A stretch of 64,000 bases of DNA from Oscillospiraceae bacterium (GTDB lineage: Bacteria > Bacillota > Clostridia > Oscillospirales > CAG-272), in assembly GCA_015063805.1 (NCBI GenBank), contig SVTK01000013.1:21102-85101 (forward strand). The letters are read 5' to 3'. The notes below the pieces were generated by a model. That model was not told the DNA's origin. It ran no database searches and was given only the letters and a program-made list of their open reading frames with translations. Every line of letters begins with the position of its first letter. Position 1 is the first letter of the stretch. Below are positions 1 through 9,323 of the stretch, piece by piece. A program made the translations under genes and the position numbers.

Positions 1-693
1 AACACCACCGCCGCTACCGGTAAGGGCTTTGCCATCGGTTCCGCTGCACTGACTGCCCTGGCGCTTATGGCATCCTATATTGATAAGGTCAAGTCCATCG
101 AAGGCGGCATGGAGAAGGTTGCTGACCTCAGCATTACCACTCCCACCGTTCTGATCGGTCTGTTTGTGGGCGCCTGCCTCCCCTTCGTATTTGCCGCACT
201 CACCATGAATTCGGTTGGCCGCGCCGCACAGAGCGTGGTGAAGGAAGTCCGCCGTCAGTTTAAGGAGATTGTTGGCCTGATGGATGGCAAGGCAGATGCG
301 GATTATGCATCCTGCGTTGACCTTTGCACCAAGGCAAGCCTCCGCGAGATGGTGCTTCCCACCGTGGTCGCTGTAGCCGTGCCGATTATTGTGGGCCTCG
401 TGCTGGGCTGTGCCGGTGTCGTGGGAATGCTGGCCGGCGCTACTGCTTCCGGCTTCCTCATGGCCATCTATATGTCCAACGCCGGCGGAGCCTGGGATAA
501 CGCCAAGAAGTATATCGAGAGCGGTGTTCACGGCGGCAAGGGCTCGGATTGCCACAAGGCTGCCGTGGTTGGCGATACCGTGGGTGACCCCTTCAAGGAT
601 ACCTCGGGTCCTGCTATCAATATTCTCATCAAGCTGCTGTCCATGGTTTCCATCGTCTTTGCTGCAGTTGTGGTGAAATTCTCCATCCTTTAA
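1..693 (+). CDS. hppA: Membrane-bound H+(or Na+)-translocating pyrophosphatase, C-terminal portion (5' end lies outside the window)
   Basis: Frame 1 is open from nt 1. Translation contains the [22 protein letters not shown] signature and C-terminal TM helices of V-type pyrophosphatases. Confidence 0.9.
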   Translation, partial: NTTAATGKGFAIGSAALTALALMASYIDKVKSIEGGMEKVADLSITTPTVLIGLFVGACLPFVFAALTMNSVGRAAQSVVKEVRRQFKEIVGLMDGKADADYASCVDLCTKASLREMVLPTVVAVAVPIIVGLVLGCAGVVGMLAGATASGFLMAIYMSNAGGAWDNAKKYIESGVHGGKGSDCHKAAVVGDTVGDPFKDTSGPAINILIKLLSMVSIVFAAVVVKFSIL

Positions 694-702
694 TGATAAT
701 CC

Positions 703-738
703 GGAAGGGTCGGCGAATGCCGATCCTTCCTTTGTTTT
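703..738 (+). terminator. Rho-independent terminator after hppA
   Basis: GGAAGGGTCGGC-gaat-GCCGATCCTTCC hairpin followed by TTTGTTTT. Confidence 0.7.
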
Positions 739-784
739 AGATGTGGTTTTTAGTAAAAACGGAATAAAAAATTTGACATCGGAC

Positions 785-813
785 TTGACACCGACTCCGT
801 AAAGGGGTATAAT
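785..813 (+). promoter_or_regulatory. Sigma-A type promoter
   Basis: TTGACA - 17 nt - TATAAT, 45 nt upstream of the 859 start. Confidence 0.6.
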
Positions 814-858
814 TGACTCAGGTTAATCCTGAAAATTACACCGAAAGGAAGAAATGCC

Positions 859-1920
859 ATGAGTCTGTTTACCGTAACCGATTATGACAAGAAAGTCTAC
901 GAAGAACAGCTTCGCGACTATCTGCCCAACAAGATTATTGACATCCATACCCACGTTTGGAAGGGCGCACCCAAGCCCCAAAATCCCAACACCCCCAAGC
1001 GTACCGTGACCTGGCCCTCCCTGGTTGCTGCAGAGAATAAGATCGAGGATATCATGGAGGCATATAAGCTCTATTTCCCGGATAAGGAAGTAACTCCCCT
1101 TATCTTCGCTTCTAAGGTGCGCGATCTGGAGACCTGCTACGAGAGAAATGCCTATATTTCCCACGCGGCCAAAGTTTCGGGCTATCCTGCTCTCTACTAT
1201 TCTCATCCCCTGCAGACCGCAGACGAGGTGGAGCGCGAGATCTTCCGCAACGGCTTCCTGGGCATCAAGTCCTACCTCTCCCTGTCTCCCGCTTACATTC
1301 CCGGCAAGGAGGTTCGCATTCTGGACTTCTTCCCGCCCCACCAGTTGGAGATGATCAACCGCAACGGTCTGATGGTGATGCTTCATATTCCCCGTGATGC
1401 ACGCTTCCGTGACCCCGTAAATATTGCGCAGATCCGCTACATCTGCGAGACCTACCCCAACATCCGCCTGGTGATCGCCCATGTGGGCCGTGCATACTGC
1501 CAGTGTGACGTGGGAGATGCTTTCGAGCAGCTCAAGGACTACACCGATCTGTACTATGACTTCACTGCCAACACCAGCGCCTATGTATTTGAGCGCCTGC
1601 TGGAGAATGTGAGCCCGGACAAGATCCTGTTCGGCAGTGACGAGCCCATTGTGCGCATGAGAATGCGCCGCATTGAGGAGAACAATACCTACATCAATCT
1701 GGTTCCCCCCGGACTCTACGGCGATCCCAGCCAGGATCCCCACCTGCGTGAGGTTTCCGAGGAAGAAGGCAAGAAGCTGACCTTCTTCATGTACGAGGAG
1801 ATCCTCGCCATGAAGGAAGCCACCACTAAGCTCGGCCTCGGCGCCGACGTGGTGGAGAAGCTCTTCTACAGCAACGCAAAGAAGCTGCTGGATGAGCTCC
1901 AGAGCAAGGTCCGCGCATAA
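859..1920 (+). CDS. Amidohydrolase-family metal-dependent hydrolase (TIM barrel)
   Basis: IDIHTHVW (HxH metal motif) near the N-terminus; LVIAHVGRAYCQ and FGSDEP motifs typical of amidohydrolase_2. Confidence 0.7.
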   Translation: MSLFTVTDYDKKVYEEQLRDYLPNKIIDIHTHVWKGAPKPQNPNTPKRTVTWPSLVAAENKIEDIMEAYKLYFPDKEVTPLIFASKVRDLETCYERNAYISHAAKVSGYPALYYSHPLQTADEVEREIFRNGFLGIKSYLSLSPAYIPGKEVRILDFFPPHQLEMINRNGLMVMLHIPRDARFRDPVNIAQIRYICETYPNIRLVIAHVGRAYCQCDVGDAFEQLKDYTDLYYDFTANTSAYVFERLLENVSPDKILFGSDEPIVRMRMRRIEENNTYINLVPPGLYGDPSQDPHLREVSEEEGKKLTFFMYEEILAMKEATTKLGLGADVVEKLFYSNAKKLLDELQSKVRA

Positions 1921-1952
1921 ACGGAAACTGCTTTATCTGACGAAAAACAAAA

Positions 1953-1985
1953 GGAGTACGAGCGTCGCTCGTACTCCTTTTTTCG
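1953..1985. terminator. Bidirectional terminator between convergent genes
   Basis: GGAGTACGAGCG / CGCTCGTACTCC perfect inverted repeat, flanked by A-tract upstream and TTTTTT downstream. Confidence 0.75.
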
Positions 1986-1999
1986 TTCTGTCGAACGGG

Positions 2000-3052
2000 T
2001 TACGGCACCATCAAAGCTTGAAACTCCTCGCTTTCCCGGATCGGATCAAAGCATTGGTTGTTGTTCAGGCAGCGAATGAAATCATCCACATCTGTTGAAT
2101 CGGACTCGGAAATGAGAGGGTCTTCTTCAATGAGAGAAAACAGGGGCGCGGTGAATTTGATGACCTTTTGATGATATACTTTCGTCATTTCTTCCGCGTG
2201 ATATCTTGCTTTTTTCAACTCTTCCAGCACGCGGTCATACTGCTTTGTTTTGCAAAAATGAAAGGCTTTGCTGATACAGTTGTATTGCAGTATGTTGTGG
2301 TAGTATTGGTAATTCCCGTCGGGGAACAGAATAAGCAGAATCTTTTCCACCGCCTCCAAGGCCTCTATTGAGCTTTGCCCGAATTTTAAGTGGAAGAGAA
2401 AACGGTTCAGCTTTTTGTTTGCCAGGTGCTGACAATGCCGTTTCTTTTCCTCGCCCTCCAGGCACCAGCAAAGCAGCTCGTCTCTTTTCTCTTCGTTCTC
2501 TTCCAACAAAGCATACTTCTTCGCTTCCTCTTTTTGCTGATTACAGCTGAGCGCAAGAACAATGCCGAACAATGCCTTGGCATATAATTTTGAACTTCCC
2601 GTATGATCAAGAACGGTTTTATAATGCTTTGCAGAGCTGTCAAGTAAGCGGGAATATTCGTCGTCATCCGATTTCGGGATGGCAACGTAATACTCCGCCG
2701 ATGCCAACCATTCCACATACTCCATGTTCCCGGGGTATTCGGCAACTGCGCGCAGGGCGATTTGATAGTTTTTCTCTTTGTCGTCGTGTTTCCAATACTC
2801 ATGAAAGGCTTCGTCAAATTCCGCTTTGCGCAAGTCCTTTTGATAGGTTTCCATTCCCAGCAGATAATCGGTGGTGACGTTGAACAGGTTGGCAAGGGGC
2901 GGCAGAAGAGAAATATCGGGCATTGCTGCATCGGTTTCCCAACGGCTCACCGCCTGCGGGGAAATTGAGAGAAGATCCGCGAGTTTTTCCTGTGTCATAT
3001 TGGTATTTCGTCGAAGAGTTTTTATGGTTTGTCCAAAAGACATATTAATCAT
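2000..3052 (-). CDS. XRE-family HTH transcriptional regulator with long all-alpha (TPR-like) C-terminal domain
   Basis: N-terminal MSFGQTIKTLRRNTNMTQEKLADLLSISPQAVSRWE is a canonical XRE HTH. About 300 aa helical C-terminus. The gene is AT-rich relative to neighbours. Start chosen at the M preceding the HTH with RBS CAGGAGGA. Confidence 0.6.
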   Translation of the reverse strand: MINMSFGQTIKTLRRNTNMTQEKLADLLSISPQAVSRWETDAAMPDISLLPPLANLFNVTTDYLLGMETYQKDLRKAEFDEAFHEYWKHDDKEKNYQIALRAVAEYPGNMEYVEWLASAEYYVAIPKSDDDEYSRLLDSSAKHYKTVLDHTGSSKLYAKALFGIVLALSCNQQKEEAKKYALLEENEEKRDELLCWCLEGEEKKRHCQHLANKKLNRFLFHLKFGQSSIEALEAVEKILLILFPDGNYQYYHNILQYNCISKAFHFCKTKQYDRVLEELKKARYHAEEMTKVYHQKVIKFTAPLFSLIEEDPLISESDSTDVDDFIRCLNNNQCFDPIRESEEFQALMVP

Positions 3053-3217
3053 CCTCCTGAATAGGTTACTTGACCGGCCGGTGATTCTATTATAACATTT
3101 TTTTGCGATTTGTCCACCTCTCGCTGATTGAGAGAGGGTAAACCGAAAATTGAGTGAGGGAAAGGATTGGCGCACCTGCCCGGGGCAGGTGCGCCAATGT
3201 ATGCTTTTTCGCGAAGA

Positions 3218-5269
3218 TTATGGTGGGGAAATCTGATTTGCCGAGGTGTATGTGCCGGTATTGATCACACCGAACTTGTCTGCATTCGCCCAGCTTTCCT
3301 GGGCGGCGGGATAGAGCAGTACCGTGTCTTCATCGGCGAGCTCCAGCTTATCTCCCCCCACCATGGTGGGGTAAGGCCCGCGGAAGGTCAGACGCTCAAG
3401 GGCAGGACAGCCCGAGAACGCGGTTGCATCAAATTCTTTTAGTGAGGAGGGCAGCATATATTCGGTGATTTGTGGGTTGTCGGCCAAAGCCCCTGCAGGA
3501 AGCGATTGGATGCGATCGGACAGACGAATCGAACGAAGCGCGGGCATACCCGCCAGTGCATTCTCCTCCAGCGTGGTAACGTTGGTCTTCAGCGTCAGAT
3601 TTTGCAAATACACACTGCCGTAAAAGGCGTAAGGCGCAATGGTTGTTGCAGATGAGTAGACAGTGAAGGATGTATTTCCTTTGCCCGCGGGATAGCGGAT
3701 CAGTACAGTCTTATCATGATTGTACAGAGCATCATTGATGGTCCAGAAGCAGGGGTTACCATATGCAGTTTTGATGGAGGTCAGGGACGGGCAGGCCAGG
3801 GCATTTTCTTCAACTTTGGTCAGGGTCACGGGAATAGACAGCATTTGCAGATTGATGCAGCCTGCCAGCGCATAGGGGCGGAGTGTTTCCACAAAGGAAG
3901 AGTAGGAATTGCTGATGGTGAGAAGGTTGCGGCTGGTCATGGCATACTCCCCGATCACGGTAACGGATGAAGGAATCACAAAATCGGAGCCCGGCTTGTT
4001 GTTGGGATATGCAATGAGCAGGGTCATATCTGCCGAATACAGTACGCCGTTGACGGCTTTCAGATAGGGAGAGCTGTTCTCCACTTCGATGATTTTTAAC
4101 TCCTTCAGTGCAGACAGCGTGCGGCCTGAGACGGTTTTCAGAGTGGCGGGAAGAGAGAGCTGCTCGATATAAAGGTCTTTTCCGAATGCATCTTCCGCCA
4201 GCGCGACAACAGGAAGTCCATCAATTTCTGCGGGAATATCCAGTGATGGTTCATCGGTGACGATTTTCTCCAGGATAATGCCATCCTCACCCACCGAATA
4301 GGTGAAGGGGGACACATTTTCCGAAACCGGAGTGGTTTCTGTGGTTTGTGCATCTGCGGCGGGATTGCTCCCATCTGACGGAGGAGGATCTGTGTGTTGA
4401 AGATAGCCAATTCCCAGCATGGTCGTCATCAGTACAAGAAAAATCAACACAAAGGGAATAATGGCGGCGGGGGAGAATTTCAGCAGATACTTGCGCCGCA
4501 GAACCGAGCGCAATCTGTTGCGCTTCGGTGACACCTCATCCTCCTCAGGAACAGCGATAAAGGTGACGGATTCGGGATTAACCGTTTGTCCTATGCTGAG
4601 CGCGCTGAGAATCGTGGTGAAGATTTTTGCCGACTCGGCAGCGGACAGGGTGACCGGGATGCCGGGCAGAGCCATCAGCGCGGCAATCCCCAGGACAGCA
4701 GGCGGCAAGTGGAGCTTGTCCCCGGTGCGGCGCTCCTCTTCTTCGATGGCACGGCGCAGGGTAGTGCGTGCATAGAACAGGCGGCTTTTGATGGTGTTGG
4801 CCGAGCAGTTTTCCAGGGCGGCGGCCTGTCCCACAGACAGCTGATGAAAATATACGTAGTTTACCGCACGCTGCTGTGGTTCGGGCAGGAGAAGCATGAT
4901 TCGCTGAATCACCGACTGAATCGCTTCTTTTTGGTGCCAGAGTTCAATGTCATCTTCTCCCGGCGGTTCCGGGACGGGGGGAGAGCAGGAAGTGTTTTCT
5001 GCATTTACAAGATGGTCGGTACACACATTGTGCGTAATGACAGTCAGCCAGCGGATGAAGGAATGACTGTCACGCAGGGTTGGTAAATAGCGAAAAACGC
5101 GGATATATACCTCGGATACCACATCCTTGGCCTCCTCAGGATTTTTGACGGCGGCACAGGCGATGTTGTATACCATAGAATGTGTTTCTTTGAAAATGAT
5201 TGCAAATGCCTCTTCGTCCCCAAGCTTTGCTTTTTCGATGTAGTCAATGAGATGATCGGGTTGCTGCAA
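3218..5269 (-). CDS. Sigma-70/ECF-family sigma factor fused to a transmembrane helix and an extracytoplasmic BspA-type leucine-rich-repeat domain
   Basis: TTG start with strong RBS (AAAGGAGGGG). N-terminus has sigma region 2 (VYIRVFRYLPTL...FIRWLTVITHNVCTDHL) and region 4 (LSVGQAAALENCSANTIKSRLFYARTTLRRAI). Then a hydrophobic helix AAIIPFVLIFLVLMTTMLGIGYL, a proline-rich linker, and about 330 aa of LRR_5-like repeats (IPSSVTVIGEYAM...C.NL..L.IP.). Confidence 0.75.
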   Translation of the reverse strand: MQQPDHLIDYIEKAKLGDEEAFAIIFKETHSMVYNIACAAVKNPEEAKDVVSEVYIRVFRYLPTLRDSHSFIRWLTVITHNVCTDHLVNAENTSCSPPVPEPPGEDDIELWHQKEAIQSVIQRIMLLLPEPQQRAVNYVYFHQLSVGQAAALENCSANTIKSRLFYARTTLRRAIEEEERRTGDKLHLPPAVLGIAALMALPGIPVTLSAAESAKIFTTILSALSIGQTVNPESVTFIAVPEEDEVSPKRNRLRSVLRRKYLLKFSPAAIIPFVLIFLVLMTTMLGIGYLQHTDPPPSDGSNPAADAQTTETTPVSENVSPFTYSVGEDGIILEKIVTDEPSLDIPAEIDGLPVVALAEDAFGKDLYIEQLSLPATLKTVSGRTLSALKELKIIEVENSSPYLKAVNGVLYSADMTLLIAYPNNKPGSDFVIPSSVTVIGEYAMTSRNLLTISNSYSSFVETLRPYALAGCINLQMLSIPVTLTKVEENALACPSLTSIKTAYGNPCFWTINDALYNHDKTVLIRYPAGKGNTSFTVYSSATTIAPYAFYGSVYLQNLTLKTNVTTLEENALAGMPALRSIRLSDRIQSLPAGALADNPQITEYMLPSSLKEFDATAFSGCPALERLTFRGPYPTMVGGDKLELADEDTVLLYPAAQESWANADKFGVINTGTYTSANQISPP

Positions 5270-5532
5270 TGAAACCCCTCCTTTTGTGAAGTGGACGGAG
5301 TCCGTTGGAATGGGTGTGCAGAATACACAAGTTTATTATAGCACAGACGGTGGAAATATTCAAGAAAACAATTTTTCGGAAAATAAAACCGAATTGTCAA
5401 AAATGGAGTCATACGAACGAATTTGGTAAATTTCCAAGGAATTATGCCATGGGAATTGATTTTTGACGGGAGATATGGTATACTGTCGGTATATGGCCGT
5501 CCCGACGGCTGTTTTGGCGAGGAGATGAACCC

Positions 5533-6645
5533 ATGAAATTTGACTTTGCTTTTCCCACACGCCTGATTTCCGGCGAGAGGTGCCTGGCGGAAAACCGAGC
5601 CCTTCTGGCCCAGGGCCGCCATGCTTTTGTGGTCACCGGACGCACCAGCGCGCGCCGCGCAGGAGTGTTGGATGATCTGCTTCCCCTTTTGGAGGAGCAG
5701 GGAATTACCTATACACTTTTTTCGGAAATTACCGAAAATCCTCCTATCCTGACCTGCCATGCCGGCGGACAGGCGGCCTATGCCGCAGGAGCGGATTTTG
5801 TCATCGGCATCGGCGGCGGTTCTCCGTTGGATGCGGCTAAGGCCATCGCAGCCTATGCGGCCAATCCCGGAATTGCACCCACTGATATCTATGATCCGGC
5901 AAAGCGGGTTAATTCCTCTCTTCCCCTGCTGGCCATTCCCACTACCGCGGGAACCGGCTCCGAGGCCAATGCCTACAGCGTGCTGACTCTGGCCGACGGA
6001 CGGCAGAAGAAAACCTTCACCGCCCCCGATTCCTGGCCTCGTGTCAGCTTCCTGGATCCTCGTTATTTGGCCAGTATGCCTGCGCCCATGATGGTGAGCT
6101 GTGCCCTGGATGCCTTTGCCCATGCCATCGAGTCCTATCTGTCCCCCAAATCCACCGTCTTCTCAGAACAGCTTGCTCTGTGGGCGGCCGGGCAGATCTG
6201 GCCCATTCTTTCTGCCGAGCCGGCCGTATACACCGCCGAACAGCGGGAGGCACTTCTGTACGCTGCCACTGCTGCCGGTATGGCCATCAGCATCACGGGA
6301 ACGGGCTTCCCCCATCCCCTGGGCTACAGCCTGACGCTGCTGGACGGAATCCCGCACGGTCGTGCCTGTGCCGTGTTTGATGGAGACTACATCACCTTCA
6401 ATGCCCGCACCGAAGTGGGGGCAGCGCGGCTGGCGGTCTTTGCCGCCGCGGCGGGAACCGATCCAGATACCCTTGCCCGTGAACTCCCTCGGCTGTCCGG
6501 GGTGTCCTTCAATTTCAGCGAGGAAGAGATCACCGAACGGGTAGAGTTGATCGCGGGAGCAAAGAACTACACCAATTCCCCCTATGTGCTCTCCCGGGAG
6601 GAGATCTACGCTATCTACCGCAACCATTTTGCTGAAATCAAATAA
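5533..6645 (+). CDS. Iron-containing (group III) alcohol dehydrogenase family
   Basis: GIGGGSPLDAAKAIA glycine-rich NAD motif and Fe-ADH fold-typical His positions. Confidence 0.8.
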   Translation: MKFDFAFPTRLISGERCLAENRALLAQGRHAFVVTGRTSARRAGVLDDLLPLLEEQGITYTLFSEITENPPILTCHAGGQAAYAAGADFVIGIGGGSPLDAAKAIAAYAANPGIAPTDIYDPAKRVNSSLPLLAIPTTAGTGSEANAYSVLTLADGRQKKTFTAPDSWPRVSFLDPRYLASMPAPMMVSCALDAFAHAIESYLSPKSTVFSEQLALWAAGQIWPILSAEPAVYTAEQREALLYAATAAGMAISITGTGFPHPLGYSLTLLDGIPHGRACAVFDGDYITFNARTEVGAARLAVFAAAAGTDPDTLARELPRLSGVSFNFSEEEITERVELIAGAKNYTNSPYVLSREEIYAIYRNHFAEIK

Positions 6646-6657
6646 GGAGATAATGTC

Positions 6658-7371
6658 ATGCTGGAGCAACTGAAAAAAGAAGTTTTTGAGGCCAATTTGA
6701 TGCTGGTCAAGTACAATCTTGTTCTCTTTACCTGGGGCAATGTCAGCGGCATTGACCGGGAGAGCGGCCTTGTGGTGATCAAGCCCTCGGGCGTGGAGTA
6801 CGATGCTCTCTCTCCCCTGGATCTGCCCGTCCTGGACCTGGACGGCAACGTGGTGGAAGGAAAGTACAATCCCTCCTCCGACACCCCCACTCACCTGGAG
6901 TTGTATAAAGCTTTCCCGAACATCGGCGGCATCACCCATACCCATTCTACCTTCGCCACCGCTTACGCCCAGGCAGGGCGGGAAATCAAGCCCTACGGTA
7001 CTACCCACGCCGACTATTATGACGGCATCATCCCCTGCACCCGAAAGATGACCCGCGAGGAGATCGAGAGCGAGTACGAAAAGAACACCGGCCTGGTGAT
7101 TGCCGAGACCTTTGCCGACATTGATCCCGATCGGATGCCGGCGGTGCTGGTGCATTCCCATGCTCCCTTCACCTGGGGGAAGAATGCAAAGAAGTCGGTG
7201 GAATCCTCGGTTATTCTGGAGGAGGTAGCACGGATGGCCCAGTATACCGAGCTGCTTCAGTTGGTGGACGGTATTCGGGGCGGCGTGCAGATGCAGAGCG
7301 ATCTGCTCCGCAAGCATTTCGACCGCAAGCACGGCCCCGGCGCCTACTACGGACAGGGTGGGGAACATTGA
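6658..7371 (+). CDS. araD: L-ribulose-5-phosphate 4-epimerase (class II aldolase/adducin family)
   Basis: Near full-length similarity to E. coli AraD: [72 protein letters not shown]. Confidence 0.85.
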   Translation: MLEQLKKEVFEANLMLVKYNLVLFTWGNVSGIDRESGLVVIKPSGVEYDALSPLDLPVLDLDGNVVEGKYNPSSDTPTHLELYKAFPNIGGITHTHSTFATAYAQAGREIKPYGTTHADYYDGIIPCTRKMTREEIESEYEKNTGLVIAETFADIDPDRMPAVLVHSHAPFTWGKNAKKSVESSVILEEVARMAQYTELLQLVDGIRGGVQMQSDLLRKHFDRKHGPGAYYGQGGEH

Positions 7372-7375
7372 GAAA

Positions 7376-7417
7376 AACAGGAACCGCAGAATGATTTTCT
7401 GCGGTTCCTGTTTTTCG
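7376..7417. terminator. Bidirectional terminator
   Basis: AACAGGAACCGCAGAA-tgatt-TTCTGCGGTTCCTGTTTTTC. Confidence 0.75.
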
Positions 7418-7497
7418 TGGGGCAGATCTGCCTCACCGTTAGGAATAAAATTTGCGCATGGAGCAAGGAAGATTACAACTTCCGGTGGGAATTTTGC

Positions 7498-8136
7498 TCA
7501 GTTCCCCTGCAGGCAGACTGCAACCTGTTCGCAGATTTGCTTCATGCCCAATACGGTAGGATGTCCTTTTTCCTTTTCGATTTCTTTCAGCACCAAGCAC
7601 TCGACATCAATTTTTTCGCAGGCTTCAATGAATCCGCTTGCGATTTCCGGTTTCAGGTCAGTGTTTACTATGCAGATCACCCTTCCGGCCAATGCCTTGG
7701 CGCGGCTTACCAGGTAGCAGAAGGCGGGCAACACGCATTTGAGATCGTCCTCAGTCCAATCGGCGTACTTAGTCTCTCCTACCGGAGCATTGATCCAGGA
7801 ATCATTGGTACCCCCAAAGATGAACAAGGTGTCAATCCTGTTCTCGGTGAAGAAGTTTTCGGCAATATAGCGGTCAATTCTGCGGATGAACGAGGTTTCA
7901 ACCGAAAAATTCTCTCTTACCGTGTTGCAGATGGTGGAGCCCGAATAACTGTCGTTGAGGATGAGGCTGAGGTCGTTTTCGGCCATCAACCGATGCCACC
8001 ATGTTTTTTCTACGCCTTTCACAATGGGGGCGTCCTCTCTTGCATCACTATAGTAGGCGTAATAGCCTTCAGGGATGTATCCGCCATATGTGGAATAACT
8101 GTCACCAATGATCATGACATTGTTTTTCTTTTCCAT
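7498..8136 (-). CDS. SGNH/GDSL-family hydrolase
   Basis: N-terminal IIGDSYS block and GGTND block. Confidence 0.7.
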   Translation of the reverse strand: MEKKNNVMIIGDSYSTYGGYIPEGYYAYYSDAREDAPIVKGVEKTWWHRLMAENDLSLILNDSYSGSTICNTVRENFSVETSFIRRIDRYIAENFFTENRIDTLFIFGGTNDSWINAPVGETKYADWTEDDLKCVLPAFCYLVSRAKALAGRVICIVNTDLKPEIASGFIEACEKIDVECLVLKEIEKEKGHPTVLGMKQICEQVAVCLQGN

Positions 8137-8165
8137 GTTTGATTTAACCTTCCTGTATTTTGGAT

Positions 8166-9203
8166 CTACAAAATAATGCCCCCGCCCACGACATAGTCCC
8201 CGTCGTAGAGGACCACCGACTGCCCCGGGGCAATGGCGCGCTGTGCCTCGTCGAAGGTGACGCGGATGCGATCCTCCCCGATCTGCTCCACCGTGGCTGG
8301 CTGCGCTGCCTGGGCGTAACGCACCTTGGCGGTGACCCGCAGGGGCTGTTCGAGGTGATCAAAGGGGATAAAGTTGATCCCATCCGCGGTGAGGGTTCGG
8401 GTGAAGAGTGCGGCGTTGTCGGATAGAATCACGCTGTTTTCGGCGACATTTTTCTCGCAAACATAAAGGGGCGCGGGGAGAGCAAGACCAAGCCCCTTCC
8501 GCTGACCCACGGTGTAGTGAATCAGTCCCCGATGGCGGCCCAGCACCTGCCCGTCGATGGTACGGAAATCCCCCGCGGGATATGCGCCGCCGTGGGCGCG
8601 CTCAAGGAATCCGCCGTAGTCCCCGTCGGGAATGAAGCAGATATCCTGGCTGTCCCGCTTGCGGGCGTTGGTAAAGCCGGCTTCGGCTGCCAGTTCCCGT
8701 ACCTCCGTCTTAGAAAACTCGCCCAGGGGGAAACGGCTGCGGGAGAGCTGCGCCTGGGAGAGGGAATAGAGCATATAGCTTTGATCCTTGGTCAGATCGG
8801 CGGCACGGCGAAGCAGATATCGCCCACCGGGGGAGCGCTCCAACCGGGCGTAGTGGCCGGTTGCCACGCCATCCAGCCCCAGGTCGGCGGTGCAATCAAG
8901 GAGCAGACCGAATTTTACCGTGCGGTTGCAGAGGACACAGGGATTGGGCGTCTTTCCGGCCTCGTAAGCTTCGATGAAGGGGCAGATAACCAGGCGGTGG
9001 AACTCCTCACGCAGATCAAAGGTGTGGTGGGGAATGCCCAGGCGATCAGCTACAGCGCGGGCCTCCTCAGCTTCACTTTCGCCGCCTTCGCGCAAAACCA
9101 GGGTTCCGCCTTCCACGGTGTATCCGTTCCGCTCAAGCAGAAGGGCTGTCACCGCGCTGTCCACGCCGCCGCTCATGGCCGCGAGAAGCTTTTGTTTTTC
9201 CAT
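8166..9203 (-). CDS. mnmA: tRNA-specific 2-thiouridylase
   Basis: AAMSGGVDSAVTA PP-loop motif and overall MnmA architecture (345 aa). Confidence 0.9.
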   Translation of the reverse strand: MEKQKLLAAMSGGVDSAVTALLLERNGYTVEGGTLVLREGGESEAEEARAVADRLGIPHHTFDLREEFHRLVICPFIEAYEAGKTPNPCVLCNRTVKFGLLLDCTADLGLDGVATGHYARLERSPGGRYLLRRAADLTKDQSYMLYSLSQAQLSRSRFPLGEFSKTEVRELAAEAGFTNARKRDSQDICFIPDGDYGGFLERAHGGAYPAGDFRTIDGQVLGRHRGLIHYTVGQRKGLGLALPAPLYVCEKNVAENSVILSDNAALFTRTLTADGINFIPFDHLEQPLRVTAKVRYAQAAQPATVEQIGEDRIRVTFDEAQRAIAPGQSVVLYDGDYVVGGGIIL

Positions 9204-9323
9204 CGTAGATCCTCCTTTCCCGCAAAATGCCGGGGAATGGCGGCAGAGAATGGGGATTGCCCTTGCAATTCACTGCCGAAAGAGATATAATATAAGCAGA
9301 TATTCCACACAATCGGAGGATTT

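Noticed and set aside
2000-3175. Longer 391-aa version of the XRE regulator starting at 3175
   Set aside because: The extra 41 N-terminal codons precede the HTH, lack an RBS and overlap the promoter. The start at 3052 (MINMSFGQ) with CAGGAGGA RBS was preferred.
6163-7368. 401-aa minus-strand ORF over the Fe-ADH/araD genes (also 5044..6123, 14519..15490, 16372..17415 +, 18621..19904 +, 21883..22824, 23940..25136, 26141..27118, 49792..51261 +, 53040..53924 +, 55602..57089 +, 59307..60365 +)
   Set aside because: Each is antisense to a gene with strong family signatures and has Gly/Arg/Ala-rich low-complexity translation and no RBS. Rejected as shadow ORFs.
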